The notes under the pieces are model-generated. The model saw only the letters and a list, made by a program, of their open reading frames with translations, ran no database searches and was not told where the DNA came from. From Lama glama (taxonomy: Eukaryota), in assembly GCA_028534125.1 (NCBI GenBank), contig CM052816.1:79796001-79860000 (forward strand): a stretch of DNA of 64,000 bases, given 5' to 3'. Below, one piece after another: positions 37,318 to 48,143 of the stretch (position 1 is the first letter of the stretch; each line of letters opens with the position of its first letter). Both the position numbers and the translations under genes were made by a program.

Positions 37318-37448
37318 CAGGCTTGACTAAGTATTTCCGTTTGCCTCTGGCTTTCCAGGGCAGAGTGGCTTCAGAGACAATCAGGAATGGGGTGTATCTT
37401 CTAAAAGCTCCATTGATTTTCTTTTGAGGTAGCATATAGTATCAAATG
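37318..37448 (-). pseudogene. Fossil-gene exon
   Basis: Decayed acceptor cctcctccaa, donor G|gtatct, 131 nt, phase 2-1: I*YYMLPQKKINGAFRRYTPFLIVSEATLPWKARGKRKYLVKP. Confidence 0.6.
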
Positions 37449-38193
37449 TTGGAGGAGGTCAGAGGAAGAAAAACTTATTAAGACTGAGGAGACAGTGGGA
37501 AAGCTTCATGGACAAGGAGTCAAATAATATTGCTCTAAAGCTCAGGCAATAGGGGCCCCTGCTCTGGGCCCTCCCATTCTGGCCTTCCTGTGGCCATGCC
37601 TTTCTCAAAGGAGTAAGGAATCCACAAGACCCTAAGGTCCAGATCATAATCCAGATACCCAGGCCCCCAGAATTCCAGCATCACCTGCCCAAATGGCTCC
37701 AAGCTCAGTTGCAGGGCCTACATGGATCTCCTCCTGACGCAGCTGGTGGCTGAGGTTTAGCTGGAGCTTGGAACATGAGAGCTGGAAGACCTACATGGAT
37801 GCACACAAAGCGGAGTGGAGCTGAGGGGGGAAGTAGGGGGGTGAGAGTGCAGGTGTCAGTTCTTGCCATGCCACCACCCCTTTCTGGTAGGACAGGCAAG
37901 GAATCTGAGAACTCAAAAGTTCGCACCCGCCTGTCGGGTCCTTTGAGTTATAATGACCAAAGTAGGAGGATAAAGCAAGTTTAACTCAATCGCTTGTTAG
38001 CTTGCTTTATAACTCTGAAACATTTCAACATATGGTGCGTGGGTCTGCATTTGCTCTCCTCCCCCAGGCCCCAGGAATTCTAGGGGTGTGCCTGCACTTC
38101 GAGTGTGACTTGAAGGAAGGGTAGGATTTGGAGAAACAGATAGAAGGAGAGATCTCAGGCTGGTGAGGTGCAGCGAACAAAGCAGACTCCTAC

Positions 38194-38655
38194 TTTGACT
38201 CCCCCGGGATGTCGTTTCTCCAGCCAAATATTGCGAAGTATCTTTGATCAATTTCCATCATATTCTGGAGTCAGTGTTCCTAAACCTTCCAATAATTCCT
38301 GCCGCGCCTGCTTGCAGTGCTCCTACCCAGAGTGCCTTCCTCTCAGTGCAGTGCCCAGAACTGAGCACGGCTGGGCAGAGCAGGACCTCCTGCACCCTGC
38401 GCTCTGCCCGGCTATGGACCCGTCCTAAGGCCAGCGGACGTTCCTCTTCACCCAGACTCGCATCGATGCTGCGGTCAACTCCCAGCCCCGCTTCATTTCC
38501 ACATCTTGTGGTTAAGCCACCTCTTCCCTGTTCTGTTTTGCTCCAGTTGTATTTTTAATGTAAGTCATATATCTTTCATTTACCTTTTTATTTCTAGAAC
38601 TCATCTGTGAGCACTTCTTTTGAATCCTGAGTCATCTCATAAAGTATGAGAGGGT
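38194..38655 (-). pseudogene. Fossil-gene large exon
   Basis: attttcctcag|AC...A|gtagga, 462 nt, phase 1-1; PLILYEMTQDSKEVLTDEF*..., five stops, one run of about 100 open codons. Confidence 0.55.
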
Positions 38656-38766
38656 CTGAGGAAAATATAAGGAAGCTAGTACATTTCAAATTTCCTTTAA
38701 AAGAAAACCATTATCAGATGCTTCCCTAACCTCAAAGCTGCGTGATTTCACTTTACAAGGGGCATC

Positions 38767-38988
38767 CCGTTTGCAGATGCTAACCACTGCTATGTAAAAT
38801 AGATAAACAACAAGGTCCTACTGTCTAGCACAGGGAACTATATTCAATACCTATAATGAAAAATAATATGAAAAGAAATACATATATATGTGTGTATAAA
38901 TGAACCACTATGCTGTACACCAGAAATTAACACAATATTGTAAACTGACTATACTTCAATTTAAAAAAAAATCAGAAAAGAAAAACAG
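38767..38988 (+). mobile_element. L1 3'-end fragment inserted in a fossil-gene exon
   Basis: caaggtcctactgtctagcacagggaactatattcaata...poly-A; TSD aaggggcatc (38757-38766) and aagggccatc (38989-38998). Confidence 0.85.
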
Positions 38989-39598
38989 AAGGGCCATCGA
39001 TGGAGAACACTAGGCTAGCACAAAGCTCGTGGGCTGGATACTCAGGAGGTTTTCCCAGTTCAGCTTCATCTCAAGTGTGCGTGGAGCGAGTGGAGGGGGT
39101 CTGTCTTTTGCTGTTGGAGAGGAGAGTGCTCTCATTAGATGCCTGTGTTGTTTCAACAGAGCCAGGACTTGGCTCCACGGAATGAGACTGCCTATCAGAT
39201 CCGCCCCACCAGCACAGCGGCAAGTGGAACCACACTAGGATTCTGCATTTAAAACTGCCAAGTGGTTGGCCAGCTGATGCCCGTTTACTTTCCATGGAAC
39301 ACAACACAATGAGTGGCCAGAGCGCTCCGACCACAGCCTGCTTTCTCTGTGCCTACTCTGAGTTTGGCTTGGAATTCAGTTCAGGAAGCATTTCTTAAGC
39401 GTGGGCCATGGCTGCAGCACCAGACTCAGTTCGGTGGAAGACAGAAAAGGAGGCCAGAGCCCCTCTCTGCCCTCGGGAAGTTCACAGTCTAGCTGAAGCC
39501 CCAAGACTTGTCAGCACGCGGCTGTGCACCTGGCTGAGTGCTGCGTGTTCAAAGGCATCATCACTCAGTCCCTGCAACAGCCCCTTGAGTTAGGGGCT

Positions 39599-40049
39599 CT
39601 GGTAGGCAGCATAATGCACCTCCTGCCCCAAGGATGCCTACGCTCTCATCCCTGCGACCTGTGTTTCCTCATGTGGCGAAAAAGCCTTTGCAGAGTGATT
39701 AAGTTAAGGATCTTGGGAGGATTGTCCTGGATGGTCCAGGTGGGCCCAGTGTAAACTGCCAGGGTCTTTCTAAGTGGAAGAAGGAGATCAGAGTCCGAAG
39801 AGACACCACAGCCAACCACTGCTGGCTCTGAACATGGTAGAGCCCGCAAGCCAAGGAATGCAGGTGGCCTCTAGTGGCTGGAAAAGGCAAGGAAACAGAT
39901 TCTCCCCTCAAGTCTCCAGAGGGAACCAGCCCCGCTGACTGACACCTGGACTTTAATCCAGTGAGACCTATTTCAGACTCCTGACCTGTAACATCTGTGT
40001 TGTTTCCAGTCGCCAAGTTTGTGGTCAGCAGCAATAGGAAATTAATACA
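39599..40049 (+). mobile_element. MaLR LTR (MLT1D-like)
   Basis: ggtaggcagcataatg...gtgattaagttaaggatctt...aaaggcaaggaaacagattctcccct...ataggaaattaataca. Confidence 0.85.
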
Positions 40050-40239
40050 CTACCATTACCCTCATTTTCTCAGTGAGGTTAAGTAACTGCTTAAGGTCAC
40101 ACAGCTGGTGAGGGGAGAGCTGGGGTTCAAACCCAGATCCACTTACTTCCAAAGCTCAGGTCCTTCTCCCCGAAGTACCCAGCCCTCCCATCAATAGAGA
40201 ACAGCTCAATGGACTACAGGATACACAAGGCAGCCTTAC

Positions 40240-40348
40240 AGCAAATATTAAAGTAAAATGGACATTTCTTGGCTTTTCGATTTCTATTCTTGGCTGAGGA
40301 TCTCGGGGAGTTGGTGACATTTCCAACAGCAAAAGAGCTTCCAAGTTC
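40240..40348 (-). pseudogene. Fossil-gene exon
   Basis: cttccactag|G...GCT|gtaagg, 109 nt, phase 2-0, open: NLEALLLLEMSPTPRDPQPRIEIEKPRNVHFTLIFA. Confidence 0.7.
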
Positions 40349-40480
40349 CTAGTGGAAGAAGCTCCCCATTCTCACACATTTCTCTCACTCCTGGCTCCTT
40401 CCACCCACGTTCCCCTTCCCTGGGGGCTACTGAGGCAGCTGCAGGTCTGGGGACTGGAGGTGGCCGTGTCTGCCTCTTAC

Positions 40481-40593
40481 AGTTTCCCCAAGACAAGAGA
40501 ACTCTCGAAATCCAGGAAGGTCACTGTTCCGGGTCCCCACAAAATGGTGAAGAAATTGAGACCCAGAGAGGAGAGCGCTCTGTACAGGGAGAT
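40481..40593 (-). pseudogene. Fossil-gene exon
   Basis: cttcacccag|ATC...CT|gtaaga, 113 nt, phase 0-2, open: ISLYRALSSLGLNFFTILWGPGTVTFLDFESSLVLGK. Confidence 0.7.
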
Positions 40594-40966
40594 CTGGGTG
40601 AAGATGGGCTGGCAACTAGATCCATGTTCCTCAGGGCACTTCCGGGGGAAAAGGAACAGAACGGGATGGGAACTAGGATTTACTAGGCATTTGTGTGGCA
40701 AGCACTCTGCAAGGCTCTTTGTATATATTTCGTCATTTTTTATGTTTTAACCACTGACATGAAATAGGTATTATCTCCATTTCACATTAAGGAAACAGGC
40801 TCAAGGCTTTGGCATGATAAATTTGAAGCTGGGATTTGAACCTAGGTAGCTCTAAGTACAAGACCTATACAAACTCTCTCCACACTGATCTTCTGAATAA
40901 GTGGAGGAAATACCTTCTCTGCCTTTTGGTTTTGAGGCACCTTAAAAGGCTCCCTCACATACCTAC

Positions 40967-41331
40967 CTTGATTCTCACCATCTCTGAGGATTCACTCACT
41001 GTTGTCCAGGACCTCAGGAGGGCAGGGTCCTTGGGCAGCAGGACTAGGAAGGACCCCTCAGGAAGGAGCGACTGGATCTCTCTGGGCCCACCTGAGGGCA
41101 CTGAACGCCAGAAGCCCAGGGGGCCTGAGTTAAAGGCATTTCCAGAGCAGGGAGTGTAGACCATCCAGCTGCACAGCGTTCTCTCAGGATGACCCAGGTC
41201 GCAGAACATGCCTATCTCAGCTAAAAATGTGCCTGCAGCTGGGCCAGCCCACTTCAGATAAGTTTTCTCCTCAAATCTTGCAGGGATTTGCTATCTGCAT
41301 CCGCACTACCCTTTCAAATCCCAGCTCAGGT
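40967..41331 (-). pseudogene. Fossil-gene large exon
   Basis: Decayed acceptor tctctccaa, donor AAG|gtaggt, 365 nt, phase 1-0; two early stops, then over 100 open codons ...AEIGMFCDLGHPERTLCSWMVYTPC...SEMVRIK. Confidence 0.6.
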
Positions 41332-41665
41332 TTGGAGAGAAAGCATACACGTGCGGTGGTTTTCTAAGAGGCTGTTTGGTGAGACTTTGTTTCTGACTAT
41401 CCCCTCCTCTCCACCCAGCTGGCAGCATCTCCAACCTCTCTGGGGGGAAAGCTCTTCGTGATGGCTCCATTTCACACAGACCACTAAAGGCAAACCGGGG
41501 CCAGGCCCTCAAGAGACGTCTCCAACGTTAGCTGAGGCTGACTTGTTTTTTGTTCAGCGAAGGTACTAAGTAGGACCAAAAGAGACCAAATCAAAACTTG
41601 AAATCATGAAGATGCTTCATCTTCTGAGTTAATAAAATATTCAGGAGTTACACTAAATGCCTAAC

Positions 41666-41836
41666 TATGTGGCTGGTCTTGGAAATGGTGTTGAAAATTG
41701 TGTGAGGCAGCGGTGAGGCTCCCACGCTGTCAGAGTGCGGGACAGAACATGTCACAGCCCGTCCCCGACCAAAGTCCAACTGCGGCTGTCCTAGGGCGTG
41801 CGTCCTGATGTCGCTGGCAGATAAGCAACGACAAGC
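41666..41836 (-). pseudogene. Fossil-gene exon
   Basis: caaatag|GCT...ATA|gttagg, 171 nt, phase 0-0, open: ACRCLSASDIRTHALGQPQLDFGRG...TIFNTISKTSHI. Confidence 0.55.
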
Positions 41837-42531
41837 CTATTTGTTCAGAGGAAAACGGTGTCACTCAAAACTATTTTCATTTCTATCAAGTTTAAATCTA
41901 GGTGTATGTTTCTTTAAGCTGTGTTGTAGACAGTTTTATGGTGGCCTTGACGCACTGACATAAGCTGTTCTCTCATGCACTGTGAATAGAATATTAGCAG
42001 GTACACTTTTTGAGGAGGGCAGTCTGGCCACTGCAGATCAAAATTATACATAGGGCATCCCTTTGACTCAACACACTCCTGCTTCTAGAAATTTATCCTA
42101 AGGGGGAAAAATAAAATACAAGCATCATAAAGGTAAGGAAAAGGTCATCTATCAGAATGTCTGGTGAAAAATCAGAAAACCTAAATGACCATCAATTATA
42201 TCGACCATACATATGATCATATATTATGCAGACTTTAAAATGATGTTGATACACGACAGTTGACGGAGAACCTGCGTACACTAGGTGGAAAGGCAAGTTG
42301 AAAAACACTATCTTATCTAGAGGACAAGTTCAGTTTTTTTAAAAAGTATCTCTGACTAGAAATAGTCTTGGGAGTACACGTTAAAATGCCGGTACGTGGG
42401 ATTCCAGGTGATGCTTGTCTTCTTTGTATTATTCTGAATGTTTTGCAAAGAGAATTTTATAATTTCATTATTAAAACACACACAATTTTCAAACAAACAT
42501 GAAATCAGTTTTCGAAAACCTGCTGTTCAGT

Positions 42532-42686
42532 GGGGAGGGTATAGCTCAGTGGTAGAGCACATGCTTAGCATGCACGAGGTGCTGGGTTCAATTCCCAGTA
42601 TCTTCATTAAAAAAAAAAAACATAATTACTTCCCCCAAAATTAAAAAGAAAGAAAAAGGAAGGAAGGAAGAAAGAAAGGAAAAACA
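42532..42686 (+). mobile_element. Full-length tRNA-Ala(AGC)-derived SINE (vic-1-like)
   Basis: ggggagggtatagctcagtggtagagcacatgcttagcatgcacgagg..ctgggttcaattcccag head with A and B boxes, A/GA-rich tail, 15-bp TSD with 2 mismatches (42514-42528 and 42687-42701). Confidence 0.9.
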
Positions 42687-43181
42687 GAAAAACTGCTATT
42701 CCTTTCTGGAAAATGGAGATTAAACTCAAAAGCAAAAATATGACAAATGGTCCCTGACGATCTTGCCAGCACCCTGGAGAATGACTTCTAAAACATGCAG
42801 AAAGCACTTCCCACCTGCTCAATCCAGCACAAGTGTCACTGCAGGAATTAAGAACAATGAAATCAGTACAGACACAGGTGTCCTAAAATCAATAAAGAGC
42901 TTCGAAGTGAGCCTGAGTGGCCAGGACAGGTGGAGAGTGGTGCGAGCTTGCTTGTCAGAGGCCTCACCAAGCTGCTGGGCTTCTCTGGAGCAGCAGGTAG
43001 CGAATCCCAGCCTGAGATGTTGCTGTCAGCCTGCGAACCCCTACCCACCCCTCCGGCATCTCTGACGGACAACCTGCCTGGATAGTCACGGGGACAGGGG
43101 GCTCGCCACATCGTAAGAGGCAGATTCCACTACTGGACGAAGTATTGGAAATTCTGCTTCACGTGTGCTGAGACTACTTAC

Positions 43182-43213
43182 CTCACACACAACAGCTTGA
43201 GTCCTTCTTAAAT
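43182..43213 (-). pseudogene. Fossil-gene micro-exon
   Basis: ttattttcag|ATT...GAG|gtaagt, 32 nt, near-consensus splice sites; reading frame ambiguous. Confidence 0.6.
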
Positions 43214-44009
43214 CTGAAAATAACTATCTGAAGAGATGTATTAACTATATACCATCTTATCTAAATGCTGAGTGATACCATGATCTTTTCATTTTTAGGA
43301 ATTATTAGAAACTTTCTCTAAGTGACATTCTAATGATTTATAGTGCAAAGGATAACTTACACCTTTTCTATTTTCAGAAGGTACTTTGTATCTGAAAGGA
43401 CATCGATGATGCTGGGGCCCTGACTCATTTTAATGGCAAAGTAATTATCTGTACAAATACACTGAGTCAACATAATTAAAATCACTGATCGTCAAGACAG
43501 TGTCCGTTGAAGTCACAACCACATTGAAATCGTGTATTTTTAGCTTTAGCCTATACAAATTTTGTTCCATTTGGGCCAGAAAGAATTTCAATATATACAA
43601 TAGTACTTTAATAAAAATATGCCACAGGATCAATATAATCATGGATTTCTCTCCAAATTACCACTCCACTGACTTATCTCAGAAATCAAAGGAAGAAGTT
43701 GAATAAAGCAAGGCGGTTATAAGCAGATGAGATGACTGCAAATAAGTAAAAGCTAACAGTTACTGAATGCCTACCATGTGCCAGGCTCAGTGCTCACATC
43801 TGAAAGCTTTCATCTTTACAGTTCTGCAAGGTTGATTTCACCTCTGTTTTACAGAGTGAAAAACAAAAAGGGCTTAAAGAGTTTAAATGACTTGCCCAAG
43901 ACCGCAGTTACTGCTGCCATTGCAGCTTGGTCTCAGGTCTCAGGCAAGAGCCCAGTCCCCGCCAGCCGCTGTGTAGCTTCGCCTCCCACACGGGGAGGGA
44001 ACGGACCCG

Positions 44010-44457
44010 TGCTGGGAGCAGCAGCAGTCGGGACCGGAGTCACCTGGACAGGATGCGCAAGACAACAGAGGCTTCGGGAACGCAGTTTTATTTCTCTCGA
44101 GTGCAGAGGCAGGTAGTGGGGGCTCGGGGCTCACAGGGTCCCTCTGAGTGGCAAGGGCTGACGCTCCTGTGCTTTTTTGTTGCTCTGCCCTGCGAGGATT
44201 CAGGCCCCAGGTCAGGGATAGAGCCCCGACCACTGCCGGTTCACTTAAGCTGGCGGAGGAAGGAGTAGGGCATTCCACATCTTCAAGGACATGTCCAGAA
44301 TGGTGCTCAAGTCACTGGCCAGAACTTACTGGCATCTGGCTGCAAGGGAGGCTGGGAAGGTAATCTTAATAGTCTAGGTAGCTTTGTGCACAACTACAAA
44401 TCAGAATTAGAAGGAAGGAGAGAATGAATACTGAGACAAGCAATAGCGTTTGCTGCA
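44010..44457. mobile_element. Old MaLR LTR (MLT1-like)
   Basis: cactggccagaactt...ctgcaagggaggctgggaa...aaggaaggagagaatgaata hallmark; limits approximate. Confidence 0.6.
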
Positions 44458-45475
44458 GTGAGCTTATGGAATACACCAAGAAGAAAATGAAGACCTGAAA
44501 TCATTTATTTTGTGCAAGTGTATTTTCTGCTAGCAAGAAGTGGAACGTTAATTTGTATTCTCTGGATGTTTGAAGTATTTCATGAAAACCAGAGTAACAA
44601 ACTCTCATTACCCACCACCCAGAATTAACAGACGCTAGCATCTTCCTTCAGATCTTAAAAAGAAGTCTTGACTCAGACAAGGCCCTTCACAACCACGCCC
44701 CCATTCCATTCCTCTCTTTCCAGAGGCAGCTACTCTTCTGAATGACATGTTTCCCACTGATGTTTGTTTTTCTCTCCATAAATAACAGTACTTAAAAAAC
44801 TGTGTAAGTGGCATACATGCCACCTTCTGACAGCTTGTTTTTACTCAGTATTTTATCAGGGGCTGGCCCCTGATACTACATACCAAGTTCACTCATTTTA
44901 CCTGCTTGTTTGCCACCTTCTAAGGTACAGTTTATCCATGTTCTTGTTCATGGACATTTAGGGCATCTCTGACTTTTCCTAAGTACAAGCAATTCACTTG
45001 TGAACTCCACTAAGTCTCCTCGTACACAAGTGCATGTGTTATAGAGAGTTCTGCTTCTCAAGTATGAGGAGGGTGTGAGTCACCTGAGGGATCTTGTCAA
45101 CCGCCAAGTTCTCATTCAGCAGACCCTGGGTGGGACCTGGGTGACAGTCCCCAGGGGGAGCCCAAGCTGTTGTTCTGCCAACACTGACAAGTGAGACTCC
45201 AGGTTTACACCTGGACTTGTCAGGTCATGGGGTACACACGTCTTCAAACTTTCACAGACATTGTCAAATTGAATCAATTTGACTCCAGAACAAAAGCAAT
45301 CATGTCTCCATCCTCACCAACACTTGGTCTTGTGAGACTTTCTGCCTTCTGCCAACCTGAAAGCATGAAACAATAAAGTTGTGCTTCCCTGATAATCTAT
45401 GACAGTGATTAACTTTTCACGTTGTTTGACTATTCAAGCTTTTTCTGTTCGTGTATTTTATCCATTTCCCTGATG

Positions 45476-45857
45476 CAGCAGTCCTCAGTGTGGTCTGAAG
45501 ACCCTGGGGGAGCCAGGAGGGTGCGTGAGGTCCTTCCTCTTCCAATTTCCTATCTGCGTGAGGCTCAGTTTTCTCCTCATACTTTAACCAAAACATACAG
45601 CGATAGACTGCTTGCAGACGCAGCTATGAGAATCCAGCTGTCTAATATTTAGCCAGACATTAGAGTTGCAAAAATGTAAAACAATGCCTCTCTTATCACT
45701 AAACTTTTATTTTGAAAGTTATTTTCCATAATTGTTATTTAGCATGTATCATCCTAAATAAATTAATACTTTAAAAATTCCTCTAATTTCTAATAGAGTA
45801 AATATCACTAGAAGAGAGTAAAGGGGTCTTGATACCAAAAAAGTCTGAGAACTGCTG
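45476..45857. mobile_element. hAT-Charlie non-autonomous DNA transposon
   Basis: 13-bp terminal inverted repeats cagcagtcctcag / ctgagaactgctg (one mismatch); nested in an antisense L1M fragment (about 44.6-46.07 kb) next to a MER5A-like copy (about 45.04-45.19 kb). Confidence 0.75.
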
Positions 45858-46746
45858 TATTAATGCATGGCTGTCATTTGCTCACTTGACTGACAGGAAG
45901 TTGTTTTGCCTTTAATGTATTCTGGATATTAATCCTTTGTCAGTTGTATGTACTGTAAACGTTTTCTCCGAGGCTCATCTTTTTACTTACGGTGCCTGCT
46001 GTTCTACAGAAGTTTTCACCTTGATGCAGCCCTGTTTTCCTATAGCGTCGTCCTTTTGCTAAGGATACTGCTCCTATTCTGAAACAGACAAAATCTCACT
46101 GGACTTCATGGCGAACTCTAGCTTTGGTGCCACTGAATGAATTATGGAGGGATTTCCCCTAACCGTCTCCTCCCAGAACCCTCAAGCTATGCACCTTCCA
46201 CACCTGAGCTAACTGCAATCAAGCTGGTAGTTACCACTGACCTCTGAGATCAGTGCAAAATATGTGCTCGTATATTTTCGAATATTCTGTTCTGCCTCAG
46301 ACAAGCAAAATCGAATGTCCGTGATTCACCAAAAAAGAATATTTTACCCTCGGCATAATACATGTTTCTGTTTTCCTCTTCAGAAGTAGATTAGGAAGGA
46401 AATTCCCATGAAACTTAAAATTAAAGCATATTTAATTCAGCATGTACACTCTATCTGCAAATGCTTTAACGAAAGGATTTAACTCATTTAAATTCAACAT
46501 TTTGTGTAAAGCTTTTGTATTTAAAAAGTACTTTCATATATACTATTTTATTTGATCTTCATAATAATCCTGTATGACAAACGGAGACAATACTACCACA
46601 CTAAGAACCATGTCAGAGACAAGGAAAGTAAGTTCAGAGAAGTTAAATTTTGACTCATCACCATCGCACACACAGGATTAGAAATGAGATCTAACTTCCA
46701 ATCACAACTGAAGATCTCTTAAAAACTACGGAAAACTTTTATCTAC

Positions 46747-46806
46747 CAGAATAAAAGTGACAACCCCAATCAATCCTCACGTGAAGCAGGAATAGATTAA
46801 ATACAC
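46747..46806 (-). pseudogene. Fossil-gene exon
   Basis: tactaaccatgcag|GT...G|gtagat (TACTAAC branch-point motif), 60 nt, phase 1-1, open: VFNLFLLHVRIDWGCHFYS. Confidence 0.55.
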
Positions 46807-46896
46807 CTGCATGGTTAGTACAAGGAGGGGCAAGGAAGGTCTGAAGGGCATTTGCAGGACACTCTCTGCCTTTCAAGACGACTTCCTGTTTTTTAC

Positions 46897-46955
46897 TGGA
46901 CAATAGAAGACATGTGACTGATATGCCCTCCTGTTCATAATGATGGCTAATACAT
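46897..46955 (-). pseudogene. Fossil-gene exon
   Basis: aactag|A...A|gtaaaa, 59 nt, phase 2-1, open: CISHHYEQEGISVTCLLLS. Confidence 0.55.
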
Positions 46956-47194
46956 CTAGTTCCAATTAGAGGAAGGGGGCGAGTGTTCAGATGAAGTCTG
47001 GGAGGAAGAGACCAAGGACAGAAATCTGGTATTTCCCCTGAAGGGACCAAGAAAGTGGGGAAAACTATTAGGAGGAATTAGCAACAGAAATCAGATGGAA
47101 ATAGAATGGGAAGAAGGTAGAGAAAATATCCATCTCTTTAAAAGAAAAAAGTTAAAGATTAACGTATAAATGTATATTTTCAAGTCCATCATAC

Positions 47195-47270
47195 AGAACG
47201 ATCTCCCTCTTCAATACTGTCCATGCAGCTTTCAGAGCAGACCCTGCCGTCGGGGACTCATGTTTCAGAA
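47195..47270 (-). pseudogene. Fossil-gene exon
   Basis: tgtgcatcag|TT...CT|gtatga, 76 nt, phase 1-2, open: LKHESPTAGSALKAAWTVLKREIV. Confidence 0.6.
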
Positions 47271-47380
47271 CTGATGCACAACAATGAAGACTGCTTCATT
47301 TGACGATTCAAGGGTATAAGGAGAGAAACCACTTCAATGAATAGAAAGTATGCATCTCAAGCTGGTGAATTCAAAGTTAC

Positions 47381-47535
47381 TTTCAAAACTAAAAGCTTTG
47401 CCTATTAAATCCGTCCTGAAAATGGACTCACCACTGATCCATATACTTGCACACTCACGTACAAAGATTCTCCATATTTCCTTTGATTTAACATTCATCT
47501 TTGTTACAGAATAGATGGCATAAACATCAGCCCTA
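47381..47535 (-). pseudogene. Fossil-gene exon
   Basis: tttttttcag|T...A|gtaact, 155 nt, phase 2-1, open: RADVYAIYSVTKMNVKSKEIWRIFVRECASIWISGESIFRTDLIGKAFSFE. Confidence 0.65.
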
Positions 47536-48137
47536 CTGAAAAAAATCTTTCATTAAAAAAGTTTCTCTCCACTGAATGATGGAAAAAACAAAATTAAAAA
47601 TTTTCTGAAAATAGTGGGGAGGGAGAAAAAAAAAACCAAGGCAGAATATCCCTTGTTAAAGAGTCAGAATAAATTCTGCACCATCTGCTACCTTGATCCA
47701 TCATGCTTTACAGCTGTCACCATGCCAAAGGAGGAAGCACCATGCGAATTAATTTGTTCCACCTCCACAATTCAAAAACCAGGAAGTTACATCTTATTGA
47801 TAACTGCCAGTAAAATCGCAACTCTAATCAGTAAGTATACCTTGAAGGGATACTATTCTTGAAACACAACCATGTATGTTCACCTAGTTCCTACCTATCA
47901 TTGTCCTTGAGGGGAAAAAAAATGCAGTAATCAACAATAGGTTATTTAGAAATAATTTTAAAATCAGAACTGGAGTCATGCTATCAGGTGGGAAAAAAAA
48001 TCTATGACAATTTTAAAACATTCTGAGTCTTCAACAGACCATGAAGCATAATAAAACATAAAAGCACTGAATCATATAAAAATAAAGTGAAATTGACAAA
48101 ATAAAACAGAAAGGAGCTTTTGTATGTGTTAAAATAA

Positions 48138-48143
48138 TTTAAT
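48138..48143 (-). terminator. Candidate proximal polyadenylation signal of DNAJC21
   Basis: ATTAAA on the minus strand about 300 nt after the stop, with UGUA just upstream and a U-rich tract downstream; the first AATAAA I found is at 46547-46552. Confidence 0.5.

Larger units (their letters stand above)
30539..47905 (-). pseudogene. Fossil multi-exon gene of unrecognised family (candidate unitary pseudogene), about 32 exon-like segments
   Basis: Dense single-strand array of polypyrimidine-AG/GT pairs with matched phases; many stop-free exons, others with stops; old transposons fall in the gaps between exons (details in findings). Confidence 0.75.

Noticed and set aside
42532..42606. tRNA-Ala(AGC) gene
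   Set aside because: An A-rich tail, a TSD, an anticodon-stem mismatch and sibling copies mark it as a SINE head.
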